Source: Octopus vulgaris
Taxonomy: Eukaryota
Reading direction: 5' to 3'
Length of the DNA stretch: 64,000 nucleotides
Assembly (NCBI GenBank): GCA_951406725.2
Contig: OX597826.1
Location: 34,534,001 to 34,598,000 of the forward strand
Shown piece after piece: positions 27,620 through 42,180 of the stretch. Made by a program: the position numbers and the translations under genes. Position 1 is the first letter of the stretch. Every line of letters starts with the position of its first letter. The notes beneath the pieces were generated by a model. That model searched no databases. It saw nothing but the letters and a program-made list of their open reading frames with translations, and had not been told where the DNA came from.

Positions 27620-28221
27620 CCTAATAAAAGTATAATACGGAATCCACCTCCTACTTTTAATACTACACACACATCTATATATATATATATATATGCCAAC
27701 GCTGCTCTTGACCATTATTTTTGATATTGATCTTGTATACCTCTGTGTCTGTGCGTTCGATCACGCCGTTGCCATCGTGGTTGCTGTTGTTGTTGTTCGT
27801 GTTCTGATTGTTGCAGCTGTTAGTAAAGTTAACGTGTGTGTGTTCGTGTGTGTATATGGGTTTGTATACTATGTGGTTTGGCACAGTTACAAACAACTTC
27901 CGAATCGGTCGTTGACTTCCTATGTGCTTGGTCTATGAAATAGATATCTTCTTCAGAACTGTTGATTAGCAAAATTGTAAGGTTTGCTTCTGAGGCGGAT
28001 TTAGGAAAGGTGGGTAGGGAAAAGGGCCACAAATGTAGGAAATAATGCAAGATAGGTTTTAAGTACTGGGAGTGAACAGAGGAGAATAAACATTAGAAAG
28101 ACGAAGTACTACTGTAGTAGTATCACGAAACTGAATGTTAATTTTTGTGGGTTGGTGTAATTCAGCACGATAAGACAGTTTATGAATTGCAGCACCCACC
28201 TTATACACACACACACACACA

Positions 28222-28265
<44 letters not shown>

Positions 28266-28268
28266 TAA

Positions 28269-28588
28269 AGGCGCGTGGCTCAGTTGTAAGGCATTCGGCT
28301 CGCGATCGTAAGATCGTGAGTTCAATTCCCAGCGACGCGTTGTATCCTTGAGCAAAAGACTTTATTTCACGTTGCTCCAGTTCACTCTACTGGCAAAAAT
28401 GAGCAGTACCTCTATTTCAAAGACCCAGCATGGTCACACTCTGTGTTACGCTGGATCTCCCTGAGAACTACGTTAAGAGTACGCGTGTCTGCGGAGTGCT
28501 CAGCCACTTGCACTTTAATTTCACTCGCAAGCCGTTCCGTTCATCGGATTGAGTGGAGCCCTCGTCGACGTTACCGACGGAGTGCTAG
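28269..28588 (+). mobile_element. SINE family C (tRNA head), tail variant 1
   Basis: aggcgcgtggctcagttgtaagg...gagttcaattccc...cttgagcaaaagactttatttcacgttgctccagttcactc. Tail ends ccgacggagtgc. Confidence 0.85.
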
Positions 28589-28590
28589 TT

Positions 28591-28648
<58 letters not shown>

Positions 28649-29194
28649 ATAACAAAATAATAAATAAAACATATGCATATATACATACATATATGTACAT
28701 ATCTACATCTATATGTATATATACATTCATATATGGGCGCAGGACGCCAAAATAAGGAACGTCGAACACAATAAGAAACGAAAACATAAAATCAAAACCA
28801 AGGAAACGGACATTTTTTTAAACAACGAAAAACCTGAGTAAAACACATACAACACAAGGAAAATTTCCCTTCTTCAGCCGCCTCTGTTTCGTCTACTCCG
28901 TGTTTCGAAGGTAAAGGTGAGACATGACTTCTTTGAAACAGTCCTTCCCGCAAAGCAAATTAAATAAAATTTGAAATTTTTACCGGAGGGGTAAAAGTGG
29001 TGACAAAAACAGGACAGTAAAGACAATACAAATAAAAACAGTTAAAGACAGGACAAGGAGAATAACAGTAACACAAACATTAAAGGCTGTTAAGCCTGAA
29101 CGAAAGAAAAATTATTTTGAACGCTTTGAAAACGGCTTGAGAGGGACAGAGAAAGTTCTGTGTACAGAAGAATTCCACCCTAAGTGTTTTAAAA

Positions 29195-29375
29195 TAAAAC
29201 GGTGCAAGCGAGAGGTGGTGGTGGGTAATAGTGTGGGCCGCGTTCAGTGGTTTAGGTGTTGGTCCAATTGTTAAGGTTGATAGCATACTGAACAGTGTGG
29301 GCTATCTACACTTAGTAAATGAAAATGTGCTGCCATATTTAAATAATCAGATGTTACCGGGATCTGTTTTCTCAA
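29195..29375 (+). pseudogene. Tc1-family transposase catalytic-domain fragment
   Basis: VIVWAAFSGLGVGPIVKVDSILNSVGYLHLVNENVLP matches the Tc1 motif VMVWG.FS..G.GPL..I.G.M.S..Y..IL...LLP. Confidence 0.75.
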
Positions 29376-31257
29376 CTGTAATGAAAATTCTACAATATTT
29401 TTCATCTTCTCTCTAAACAGAAAAGAATATTTTTAAGGTGTGTATGAGACAACTTTGTTATGCTTATAAGCATTTTGGGAGCATTCGAGATCAGTTATTT
29501 ATAATCCACATTTCGTTACGGTCAAAATTATATATTTGAGTGAAGCAACACCACTTGTCAGCTTGTGTTCTTTTAATCGATATCGCAAATATGAAAACTG
29601 CATTCGATCTATGCTGGATCTAAGCCCAAAACATATAACAGCGTGAATACTGCAACATCTCTTTCTAGTACTTAAACTACGCCTACGTGAATTATTCCGT
29701 TAAGAATTTCAAGCACCGAATTAACAGAATCGTTCATTTGTCCTAGTTTTTATGGAGTTCATCTACTACTGACGTCAACATTGGTATTCATGCTTTTGAT
29801 ATCTATAGAATAACGTGTACTAGTTCAAAAAATAATTTATAGAGTAGCGAACAATGACGTTCCAAAATTACATTCGGTACTTTTCGTTTCTTTATATCCT
29901 ATATCTAGTGCAGATCGGGTGAACTTCTCTGTACTTTTACTATATTCAAAATAGAAGAATTACTTTCAATGAATAATAAGCACTGCAGTTTCTCTTAAAC
30001 GACAATGATGAAACTGCAGAAGGAGATAGATCAAACCCGAATGATTAATAAATAAAAAATATTGCTTTCCAAAATAAACATATGAGGCCATATTTTGAAG
30101 ATGCGTATAATTGTTTATTTTGCATTCGTGCTTGAAAAGTGTTTTATGGAAATAGTAGACTCCAGTACAACTCAATCCCAAGCGAATCTGAACTCAGAGC
30201 AGAATTTAATTGAGCTGAATTAATACCTCATGTCAGATTCGCCAGTGCCATTGTTAATTCCGATGGTCACATCCCACTACTATTAAGAAAACCGCAATAT
30301 CAGTATGGCTTGAACGACGAGTAATTATATTATTCTTGATTGAATCATCTGCAGGTAGGTGTTTGATATGTTTTACAAAGTAATGTATATGCAACAGTTT
30401 TCGTCTTCCATAAAGCAAATATATGACTTTTGTAACACCTGGAACCATGAAATTAAATTCTGAATGCATTTTGTTTGCGGTTAGCTGTCAGAGAATAGAG
30501 TTCTTTGACCGATTTCTTTAACCTTCTAAAAAAAATAAAATATTTAATTCATGTATATCGAAATCGCTTTCCAGAAATGTGTGTATGCCGCAATATCTTA
30601 GACACTAATTCATAATGAATTTTGTGATTTGTCAAAGAAATCCATGCATTTTCTCAATATATTGATGCACATTAAACTGGTACTGCAGTGACAAATTTAA
30701 TTAAATGATTTTGCAGAAACTGTTTTCGACACTTCACAATTCTAATATTCCACTCAGAGAAAGGTTCACGTAATCTTTTATCTCTCCAAGGTCGATAAGA
30801 TAGTTTCAGGTTATAAACTGAACTACATATCTTCATCCTTCTTACAAGAAAACTGTGCTGTGCTTAAAAATGCAACTCCTTCACCAAAATCAATATTTTC
30901 ATACAATTGATACCTAAATTCTGATTAGCTCTACTAAATCTAAATTATCATTAGTTTGGTCCTTGTCGTTGATAAAACATTGTTTATTAAACCAGAAAGA
31001 TTAGAGATGGAGGCTAAAGAAATCAATATTAATTAACATGATAATCTGTTGCCAAGTTACGTAGGGGGAACTGGTAATTCATTTCGTATTAGTTGAGGTA
31101 TAAGATTGCTAGACATTATTGCCTAATGTTTCCTTTATCTTCTGCGGCTTATCAAACTACTGCAAACCATTTAGATTGTGGAATTTCCAATAACACAAAG
31201 GAACCTTTTCAATTCCGTATTTCGCCGTGAATTCTAGTAGCATGTAGTTAACGCTGT

Positions 31258-31423
<166 letters not shown>

Positions 31424-33569
31424 ATTTCTTTCCTCGTCGTGTTTTCTACAGTCTCATACGAGTTCCTACTCCACCCCAAATTACACATTCCTGTTCTGTG
31501 GCATGTGTTTTATTGTGTTTTGGAATGTAGAATAGTCTTTGGCTATTCTAGGCTTCCTTCAATGCAAAAGCATTTCCTCTTTATGTGCGTTTGTGTTCTC
31601 TGGCTATGATTTTTTTTGTTATTTGAAAGATATTGCCATAGTCCTACAGAAGATACGCTACAATAATTTTCTAGTTTCGTAGGACTTCTCCTTGCATGTT
31701 TTTGTATTATCTATTATTAAACTGTGTTAAATTTGTGTTGGTTCATTCTAAATACACTTACCTTGACTTTCTGCTTGGTCTTCTTACGGCATTTATTATG
31801 AAGCTGAAAATGTATCAGAAAGTATTTATCAGAAAGATAATCAGTATATTGTAAATTGTCACCATATGTTTTACATTCAGTTCTGTTTTATTCAAATATT
31901 TATATATTAATTCTTTCCCAACCTCCTTTTCATTTTCACCATGTATTCTGTGAAGATAGATTATACGCAAATAATTCATTTATTTTTACTAAGATTCGTT
32001 TCTAACTAACATGATCACTGGTCTTATTTTATTTACTCCTCTTTAAGTTTTCCTTGATGCATTTCTTTAATCAGAATTACATTTCAATTACTCTATTAAG
32101 TCTGTGTACGTAGTGTAGCAATATTTCTTGTTACTTATCAGCGTACAACTTGATGTTGTCTACATACAAAAAGCTTAATATTATCCTCCCTTAGCATTTA
32201 TATCCGAGTCTTGTCTAGTTTGACATGTTAGCCAATTCTTTTAGCAGCAGACTGATTCGGATTGCCCTATACTGAGCGTGGCCCTTTGCGTGTTGGGTAA
32301 ACGCAGTTAATCTGTAACTTTAGCTACGTTCAATTTGTTGTGGATCAACGTTTTTAATAATCATAACATGAACGGGCTAGCAGGTAGACGTAAGCATGAA
32401 AAGTATTTCACAGAAAATTGAAATGAATGACAAAAATCAAGCGGAGCAGAGATAGATATAGAAAAATGGTCGAGAGAAAGAATAGCAGAGATAAGGAAAG
32501 GTAACCTGATGCTAGGAGAAAAAGTTAAATGTAGAGATGCGAAAACCAAATGAACGAGAAAACTTTGATAGAATAAAAGAAAATTATAGTGCAGTAAAGA
32601 ACTAAATTAGAAACGATAAATGTATCCATGTAGTGATTGGTGCATGTATGTGTATGTGTGTGAATGTAAGTCTGTGTGCATGTGCATGTGGTTGTGTGTG
32701 TGTGCATGTGGGAGTGTATTTTAAATTTAGATGTTTTATTAGTTTTCGATAATTATATGGTAACTTCACTTCCACAAAAAAAAAATTTGTGTTAATACAT
32801 AGCAACAAATGAAAATGTCTAAAGAATAAGAAGAATGCAAAACAGCTGGAGTTTGAGAGTAACATAATGCTGTGACGGCCATAGAAAAAGACAGAAAAGT
32901 TTGAATTTTAAATAATACTTGGAACTGTAGGATAATGCATCAATGTTTGTATCCGTTCCTTTGGGAAAGCATGATGGAATTGTTATAAAATTTCTGAGTA
33001 TTGTAAATCCCAGGTGGAATGGTAAAACATCACAGTGGAGGAAAGATAAACTAATCTGAGTGGGAATTTTGAATAATATTTGCAGAACCGCACCAGATTA
33101 ACAGATGGATGGTTGGACCAGGAAAAAAAGTTAAAAGAACCAGATATGTTGCTTTTGATATGGACTGAATTGGTATTGTAAAAAACGTCTGAAAAATTAA
33201 AAAAAATCGTGGAATGTATTAAGTCAGTTATTAAAATACGTAAAACCATGTTATTCCATAAAGAGTTTAGCAGAGATTATAGAATGACAGACATAGAAAA
33301 ATAAGACAGAAGAAAAATCAAAGTCATGTAAGCAGTTGAAGATGGATGAAGGATAAATTTGTAAATTTCTGCAAAAGTAAAAAACTTTGAAAGTAGGTAC
33401 CTGGCAAGAACAAGCTAATTAAAACCCCTGTAATGTTTGGATGGCATTCATATAGTTGTTTTTAGCTAAACTATTGTCCTGAAAACCTACAGCAGCAACA
33501 GCAGCGGCAACAACAACATCAACTGCTACAACTACTATTACTACTAAAACTACTACTTATACTAAATCA

Positions 33570-34500
33570 ATTATGAGAAGTGATAAAGGTAGAGTGAGAT
33601 AAAAAGAATGCTAGAATTCTTGGAGAAGTGCTGGAGAGGTGCTACTGAGTCACAAGAATTTAGACTGTAGCACAAATTCAAAGGTTTCCCCACGAGAATA
33701 GAATGATAACAAGTTCATGACAGGACTTCAGAATATGAGGACGACGGTGGATAGCGGCAAAAATCAGCTCGTAGTGTATAAGTTCAATTGATTTTGGTGG
33801 CAAGATATATTTAGATGACAGAACTGCGGTTTTCAGGAAAATAAATGAAACTAGAAGTAGTACAAAAGTACATCAGACAAATATTCAAAGAATGACAGAG
33901 TTCACATTAGAATATGCTTATTCAAGCACACGTACTCACGGACATAGGAATTTGAACGACAACCAAAGAAATATTGTTTGAATACGAATACAAGGGACAT
34001 AAACCATCACGAGAAATAGCACCAATAGATTTTTAAACGTAAAGAAGAAACTCCGCGAGTATGAAGATCTAGAAGCGTTGATAATCAGAAAGGTAAAAAT
34101 TAAATAATATACGCCAGTGTGAGTTAATAAAACGAAACAAGTAAATGTTTTACAAAGGCACACATATAAGACTTTCATTTATACAGAACAAAAAGTAAAT
34201 AGAGCTAATTAGAACTCATAATGAACAAAGCTACAGCTCTCATTCCAAATACAGTGTGCTCATAAATATTGAAATCCTAGCAGACTGCAAGGCCACCGTG
34301 TAACTATATTTGAATATTTATATAAACACAGAGAGTTTGAAATATATGGCTTAAAAATGTGTCATATAAGAAGGAAAAGAGTACCACTCATTATAGGGAC
34401 ATTGCTGATAAAATCAAACAAGACTCTTGAAAAATATGCTCACATAACAGGAACTCCAAATGTATCAAACCTACTTTTGTTCTTATGACATCCTAAGAAA
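33570..34500 (+). pseudogene. Possible highly decayed REL-type non-LTR element
   Basis: Purine-rich coding-like skew. Only short motifs are recognisable (KKLREYEDL, VPLIIGTL). Confidence 0.3.
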
Positions 34501-34746
34501 TATAACGTCAACACGAAAATATTAGAATCAAAGTCACATATACTACGAAAGAAAATGAACAAGAAACTTTCAACGAAGTCTGGATTTTCAGTATTTTGAC
34601 TCTTTTCCATGAAATATATGATTCCTATTTATAAATAACACTCACGGTAAAACATCTTACTTGCTATTTTTGAGGTCTCTGGGTAAGACTTGGGCAATCT
34701 CATTTAAGACAAAATAACAGAAAGCATAACAAGAACGACGACAGTG

Positions 34747-34748
<2 letters not shown>

Positions 34749-34778
<30 letters not shown>

Positions 34779-34897
34779 AAGAAGAAGAAGAAGAAGAAGA
34801 AGAAGAAGAAGAAGAAGAAGAAGAAGAAGAAGAAGAAGAAGAAGAAGAAGAAGAAGAAGAAGAAGAAGAAGAAGAAGAAGAAGAAGAAGAAGAAGAA
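34749..34897. repeat. Perfect (GAA)n tract, ~49 units
   Basis: Directly visible. Confidence 0.98.
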
Positions 34898-35281
34898 TGT
34901 AATAATAAAACATTACAATGCATTATATATATATAATTCGACATGTATTTACTATAAGGTTACTTTTCGTCTCTTTGTATTTTCCGTCTGAAAAACTACT
35001 TTAGAGACATCGAAATAACAAATGGAATTTAAAATTCACTTTCTTAAAACTGTGATAGAAATACTTTCCTTCCATTTGCTTTTTTAAGCTCCTTAATTTT
35101 CTGATCTGGTATAAACTTCCATTTTACTTTTGCAGATCGTTTACACATAACAACTATGGTTTTAGTTTTGTTTTGCTCTTAAGAGAAGTCCGCTCACTGC
35201 CGCACACTCACATAGGCGAGTCTTTATATATAAGTAAGCATGTATGTATATGGATATATATATATATGGATATATATATAT

Positions 35282-35335
<54 letters not shown>

Positions 35336-35919
35336 AAAGAGTGGTAGATGTATGTAGGGATATGTGTGGTTATGTATGTAGGGATATGTGTGTGTAAATA
35401 CAATTCTTTCAGCTTCAAAATGTTTGTTTTGTTTTTATATGGCTCATAGTAAATGCATGTATTTAGTATGTATTTCGTGTGAAATTCAATCTGTTTGCTT
35501 CATAGCTAATAGTAAATGTGAAGAGATTGGCACCACTTTGTATATAATAAATAAAAATACATACAATCCTACACACAGACCCACAAACACACACAGACAC
35601 ACAGACACACACACACATACACACACACACATATATAGAATTTAGTAACAAAACTACTACAAAATGAACATTCGCATAGACATACACATGTATAACTCTG
35701 GTATGAATGATTTATAGTTTGTTTTCCTTCTACCTTTCCGTCACAATTGATCTTTGTTTGGGACGCTGAAGTGATTGAATACAAAAGTGTTTATTTCTCT
35801 ACAAACATTGTATATTAAGTATGACTGCGCAAGTCGATATCCTAAAACAAAGACCATATTTAAATCAAGATTTCCGGTTAAAATATAGGTCTGCATATTA
35901 TTGTCAATCCTTTCTACTA

Positions 35920-36130
35920 CAGGTGCATAACTTGTAATTTTTGTGAAGGGGAGGGCGGGGTTACTAGTCAATGATATCGACCTCAGTACGCAACTGTTAT
36001 TTCTTTCATAACATCCATATTGGATGATAGGCATGGTTGGCGTTGGTACAATGATTAACTCTGTTTATTAATATTTACATTCTTTACACGTATTCAAACG
36101 TTTCCTGGGCCATGTTTCAGTAGAGGCCAA
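35920..36130 (-). pseudogene. Possible Helitron PIF1-helicase remnant
   Basis: VLRSISLTSNPALPFT resembles the VLIPRI.L.PSD..LPF motif. The rest is decayed. Confidence 0.35.
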
Positions 36131-36294
36131 ACAAGTGCGAACTACACACTGATTAAATTTATACTCAAGAATAACTGTAAAGAGCTTAGAATACACAATT
36201 CGTCGCAATCCACGACGCCATAGAAATAGTTGCGATGAAATCAGAGTTATCAGATATATGTAGCTGAATAACTATAGATTTTATAACGCAATAT

Positions 36295-36347
<53 letters not shown>

Positions 36348-36828
36348 AGCGTGTGTGTGTGTGTTTAAAATTTTGCTACTTATTTATGGACTCCGAAAGG
36401 GCGACAAATAAAGTCGACCGCTGCGGGATTTGAACTTTGAGCATAAAGACGGACGAATAGCCGTTAAGACATTGATATACACATACATTAGTATATATTA
36501 TTTTATCCTGTAAAATTCTAAATTGACTTATTAAATATATTTACAAGTTAAATGCTCTATATGTGTTGCAATAGACTGCAACAGCTGAAATGGCTAAAAG
36601 ACATGTGTAAGGGTAACAGAAGAGAATATCAGGGCTATTTCAAATATTCAATTGCTTTCAATAATTCGTATGTAACACTTATAGTAACAACCAAACACAT
36701 ACAACTCTATAATCCTGATACAGCCATGCAGGAGAGAATCATAACAATGTCAAGTGTTAAAACAATTCTCAATAATGTAATCATTACATCTTTCCGGATT
36801 ACAATATGCTCATAAAATTATTTACCAA

Positions 36829-37343
36829 CTAGCGGGACCCGTGAAAATTCCATGGAATTGAAAAACTTAGGAGTACCTATTTGAGAAAAACAGGATGATC
36901 TGTATTTTTATAGCTTTCATATTTTAACTTCCTTTAAATATTCTTGCGTTCGTCTACATTCATTTCCTCATGTCTCCCTCCATGTCTTTTACCTATTTTC
37001 ATTGTATTTTCTCCCTGCTCCTCTCTGAACCGTGCTCTATATCTTCGCTTCCTTTCTCGGGCTCCTTGCAACCGTGTTTCTTGTGAATCTAGAGTTGAGG
37101 CTAAGTTAACCTTTATAAAGAAATATCAAGTTTTAAATCAGCCGACGATAAATAATTACACTTATGCATATGCGATGGTCGCTATAAAAATTTAGTTCAA
37201 TAACAAAAAATACTTTTCACTCTCAACACACAACCACCACCACCACCAACGCTATCTTCTCCTCTCTCTCACTCTTTCTCTCTCTCTCTCACTCACTCTT
37301 TCTCTCTCTCTCTCACTCACTCTTTCTCTCTCTCTCTCTCTCA

Positions 37344-37395
<52 letters not shown>

Positions 37396-37741
37396 ATATA
37401 ACTGCTTCTTCTGTTCATCTCTCTCTACCTACCTTTCCTTTCAGCTAATTTCTAACTTCGAAATAATTACTCCTTCCCCACTCCACCGCACATCGTTAAC
37501 ACTTCTCCTTCCCGCTATTTCTTTCGGCGTCTTTTTCTCTTGTTCTTCGCCTCAACACTCAACTAACCACGTGGCCATTTGGCCTAAGTGGTTTAATATT
37601 AACCACCTTTCTCTACTTGTTTCTCTCTTCTCTCTTCACTTCCCCTCTATCTCTCATTCTTACTTTACTTCTTATTCCACATCTACCTCTCTATCTAACT
37701 AATGTATAACGAGCAATTGAACTCGCAGATTATGATATAGA
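36829..37741 (-). mobile_element. Non-autonomous Helitron with internal (GA)n
   Basis: A|TC start (TCTATATCATAATCTG), subterminal hairpin CCATG-gaatttt-CACGG and CTAG|T end on the minus strand. Confidence 0.6.
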
Positions 37742-37907
37742 TATCTTTATACAATATATGATATAACGTAAGAATTGATGAAACATATTGAAATAATTTC
37801 ATACACATTCCTCAGTCAAATAGGTGGCGCTCAAGCATGGCCCTATTCAAATGACTGTAACAAGTAAAAAGAGTATAAAATAGTATATATGTATGTGTAC
37901 CTACGCG

Positions 37908-37957
<50 letters not shown>

Positions 37958-37975
37958 TATAAAAAGAAACATCTT

Positions 37976-38212
37976 TTCAAAATGAACTATTAAAGTTACA
38001 CCATCTAGAAAATTACATATAATAGAAATATAAAAAATAAAATAACAATAATATACCAATGGTTAAGTAAATTGCAAAATAATAAAAAAAACGTATATAT
38101 TTATTAATATTTTACAATTTACTTAATCATTGGTATATTATTGTTATTTTATTTTTAATATTTCTATTATATGTAATTTTCTATATTGTGTAATTTAATT
38201 GTTCATTTTGAA
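37976..38212. repeat. AT-rich imperfect palindrome (~237 bp)
   Basis: ttcaaaatgaac...tagaaaattacatataatagaaata...ataacaataatataccaatg versus cattggtatattattgttat...tatttctattatatgtaattttcta...gttcattttgaa. Confidence 0.9.
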
Positions 38213-38238
38213 TTGATAAAGGCGTTCTTTTCATAGTG

Positions 38239-38580
38239 AAGGCGCATGGCTCAGTGGTTAGAGCGTCGAGCTTACGATCGTGAGGTTGTGAGCTCGAATC
38301 CCTGACCGAGGCTGCGTGTTGTGTTCTTGAGCAAGGCACTTTATTTCACGTTGCTCCAGTTCACTCAGCTGTAGAAATGAGTTGCGACGTCACTGGTGCC
38401 AAGCTGTATCGACCTTTGTCTTTCCCTTGGATAACACTGGTGGCGTGGAGAGGGGAGGCTGGTATGCATGGGCGACTGCTGGTCTTCCATAAACAACCTT
38501 GCCCGGACTTGTGTCTAGGAGGGTACTTTCTAGGTGCAATCCCATGGTCATTCATGACCGAAGGGGGTCTTTATCTTTTT
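38239..38580 (+). mobile_element. SINE family C, tail variant 2
   Basis: tRNA head tggctcagtggttagagcg...ctcgaatccc. Body shared with 28269. Tail catgaccgaagggggtcttt. Confidence 0.88.
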
Positions 38581-38672
38581 TATATATATATATTATATTT
38601 TGTGAAATATGATTTAGTTTTTCTGAATTGAATTTTTCTCTATAAGTTAGGAATAATATCCACTCAAATAAT

Positions 38673-38707
<35 letters not shown>

Positions 38708-39241
38708 CTATATATGAACAAAGCACTCACACACACAATCACATGTGAATATATACAATTTTGTATATATGAATGTATATGAATAGCATCCATTAAAATA
38801 TTGGAAATTTATCACAACATAAACAACCAAACAAAGACAATGTGCAATGTTAACCAAATCTTTTTGTTATTATATTTTCTGGAATTTAATAGATTGTTGC
38901 TGTCGTCGGTGGGAATGCAGTGCACCACCGAGTGGTCCACTGAATATCTGCGATTAAGATCGTTAAGAAGAAAATAATCAATAACTTAACTATATAAATA
39001 ACAAGCTACCCGCATTTCCATAATGTTATTTTTTTAAATAATTCATTATAAAATTAAGATCAGATATAACGTACAACTTAATTGGTTCTATATTTTTCTT
39101 AAATATATTCATCAATTTACCTGGAATCTGGAGCAAAAGAAAATATATTAATTTATATGATACTAAGTACTCTTTTGTCCAACAGCTAGCATTAAATGGG
39201 TATATCGATATATCAGCTATCTATCTATCTATATATCTATA

Positions 39242-39294
<53 letters not shown>

Positions 39295-39337
39295 GTCTGT
39301 CTGTATGTCTGTTTATTTCTCTCTCTCTCTCTCTCTT

Positions 39338-39370
<33 letters not shown>

Positions 39371-39380
39371 GTGTGTGTGT

Positions 39381-39662
39381 GGAGGCGCAATGGTCCAGTG
39401 GTTAGGGCACCGGACTCGCGGTATCGATTCCCAGACCGGGCGTTGTGAGGGTTTATTGAGCGAAAACCCCTACAGCTCCACGATACTCCGGCAGTGGGGG
39501 TTATCCCTACTGTACTCTTTCAACACAACTTTCTCTCACTCTTTCTTCTGTTGGCCTGCTCGCTTAGCCAGCGGGGTGGTGTCACTGAAGGCTGAAGCAA
39601 TGCGAAGCACATTGTGACCAGCGATGTGTAGCAACATCTGATGGCCTGGTCGGTCACGTGAT

Positions 39663-39670
<8 letters not shown>
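39381..39670 (+). mobile_element. SINE family D (tRNA head), tail variant 1
   Basis: ggaggcgcaatggtccagtggttagggc...tcgattcccagaccgggcgttgtg. Ends ggtcggtcacgtgatcacgtgat. Confidence 0.85.
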
Positions 39671-39695
<25 letters not shown>

Positions 39696-40056
39696 ATTCG
39701 AAAAAGCCCGCCTTTTACATTGATGTATGAGGGGTGAACAGTTCCATATGCTACGATGGAGACGACGGTTGTCTATCTGGTACTTTGATTTTCTTCATTC
39801 ATGATATATCTTGAGTTCCCTTCACTGAAGAGCAAGGGACGCGGATACTGCGTTAATGGTGATTTTACAACTTTTTAAAACAATAGGGAAGAAATCTTTT
39901 CACGTTGGCTGCATTGAATTTGGTTTTAGAATTTGAAATATGTCACGCACAGGTTTTAGGCATAAGTAAATTGTTAACTAAGGCAAAGTTCGTTTATGCC
40001 TAAACACAAAGCTTGGCGCTGATACTGTTGTAATATGTGTGTGTTGTGCGTGTGTA

Positions 40057-40173
<117 letters not shown>

Positions 40174-40439
40174 GACTGATTCTTGTGTTTAATTTTATCG
40201 GTCATCAGTGTTTGATAAATGTTACTTGATAACAATTGGCTTGTCTATGTTTCCGTAACTTAGTGATTCGGTGAAAGAAACCGATAGAATAGGTACAAGC
40301 TCTTTTGAAAAGTAATTACTCGTGCTTCGTCCAAGTAAAACCTTCACGTCAGTGTCAAACATGGTTCCTCTGGAATGAATAAAACAATTAAAGGTAAACT
40401 ATCCGTTTGTGCATGTGTGCGTGTGCGAGTGTGTGTGTA

Positions 40440-40545
<106 letters not shown>

Positions 40546-41112
40546 ATATATATATATAATTAATCTGCCATCCAATAACTTATCGATGTGCTGATGGTTA
40601 TGTCACGATGATGTGAGTAAAAGGATAAGAGGCGAAGGTAATATTTGGAATTGCTTGTGTTTTCAAGTGAAACTGAAGCCACTGATCGAGTGAGGATCTT
40701 CTACCTGTTTCATACAGCCTATCGATCGTCAGCAGATTGAAATGAATGTTATTTAACTACACAAATGAAGAATCATGTATGAAGCGCAGAAAAGTTTTCT
40801 CAGATGTTTTCCCCATTTTCTAATCCTCCTTTCTCCTATTATTCTGCTTTTTAAAAAAAAAAAGCTCTTCTCCACGTAAGTAATTTGTAATTCTTTGACA
40901 GCCACCCTCTATCACTAATGTAATTAGTGACATTTAAAGGTGCTTCTCTTTCATTTCCTTTATCGGTGACGACAATGATGATAATGATGATAATGCTGGT
41001 AACACTGATGATGATGTTAATATTGATGATGAAGAGGAGCATACTGGTTGATGATGTTTTGTTTTTCCAACTCGGTCACACTGTAGTCAATAGCTACATT
41101 AGTAATATTTCA

Positions 41113-41360
<248 letters not shown>

Positions 41361-41529
41361 GAAGATTAGAAATAAAGCAAAAAACAACACTAAAACAATA
41401 AGCTTCTTACCAAACTTAATGCATCTCATTAACAATGCCTTCCATATTTCCTTTCGAAGTATACCACGTTTTTGTTTTTGTTTTTTTGGCCAGCGTAAAA
41501 TTAAGCAATAATAATATTTATCCTTTATA

Positions 41530-41720
41530 GTGAAGGCACAAAGCCTGAAATTTTGGGTGAGGGGACGAGTCGATTACATCGAATTCACTGCTCAACTAGT
41601 ACTTATGTTTTCGACCGGTGAAAGGCAAAGTCGACCTCGGCGGATTTCGAACTAAGACATACGAAATGCCTCTAAGCATTTCACCTGACGTGCTAATGAT
41701 TCATGCCAGCTCTCCGCCTT
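41530..41720 (-). mobile_element. SINE family A-related copy (degenerate)
   Basis: gaaaggcaaagtcgacctcggcggatttcgaact...gtgctaatgattcatgccagctctccgcc is the reverse complement of the family A head. Confidence 0.8.
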
Positions 41721-42113
41721 CAAACTGTTTGGAATAATATAGGTGTAGCTTCCTCTGCATATATGCTGAGTACTTCTTTTCGTTCGGTCACTCGCTCGCA
41801 CATAAATATTTGGTGACCTCAAGAGTCGCCATGATTTACCGCTAAATCCACTAGATTTTTTTATTCTCTTTCTGTATATTTCCTCGTGTTCGCTTCTGCT
41901 GAAGAGCATAGACTCAAAACGTAGAATGATTTGTCACCTTCCTGAGCGTCAAACTAATACGCATGCTTGTTGTTTATACACCTATTTTTTCTGTAAATTT
42001 CAGCTATATATGTATATATATATATATATATATATAAAAATGAGATAGGGGTTGAAAATTCAACCCACCATGGGATAACATATATCCAATATACTGCTAG
42101 AGAGGTACCCAAC

Positions 42114-42179
<66 letters not shown>

Positions 42180-42180
42180 C

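Noticed and set aside
28740-28960. Minus-strand CTGAAGA-agg-GAAA motif in a probable repeat
   Set aside because: No stem I pairing or credible cleavage-site context.
38239-38310. tRNA gene
   Set aside because: A and B boxes are present but continue into a multi-copy SINE body, and the acceptor stem is not closed.
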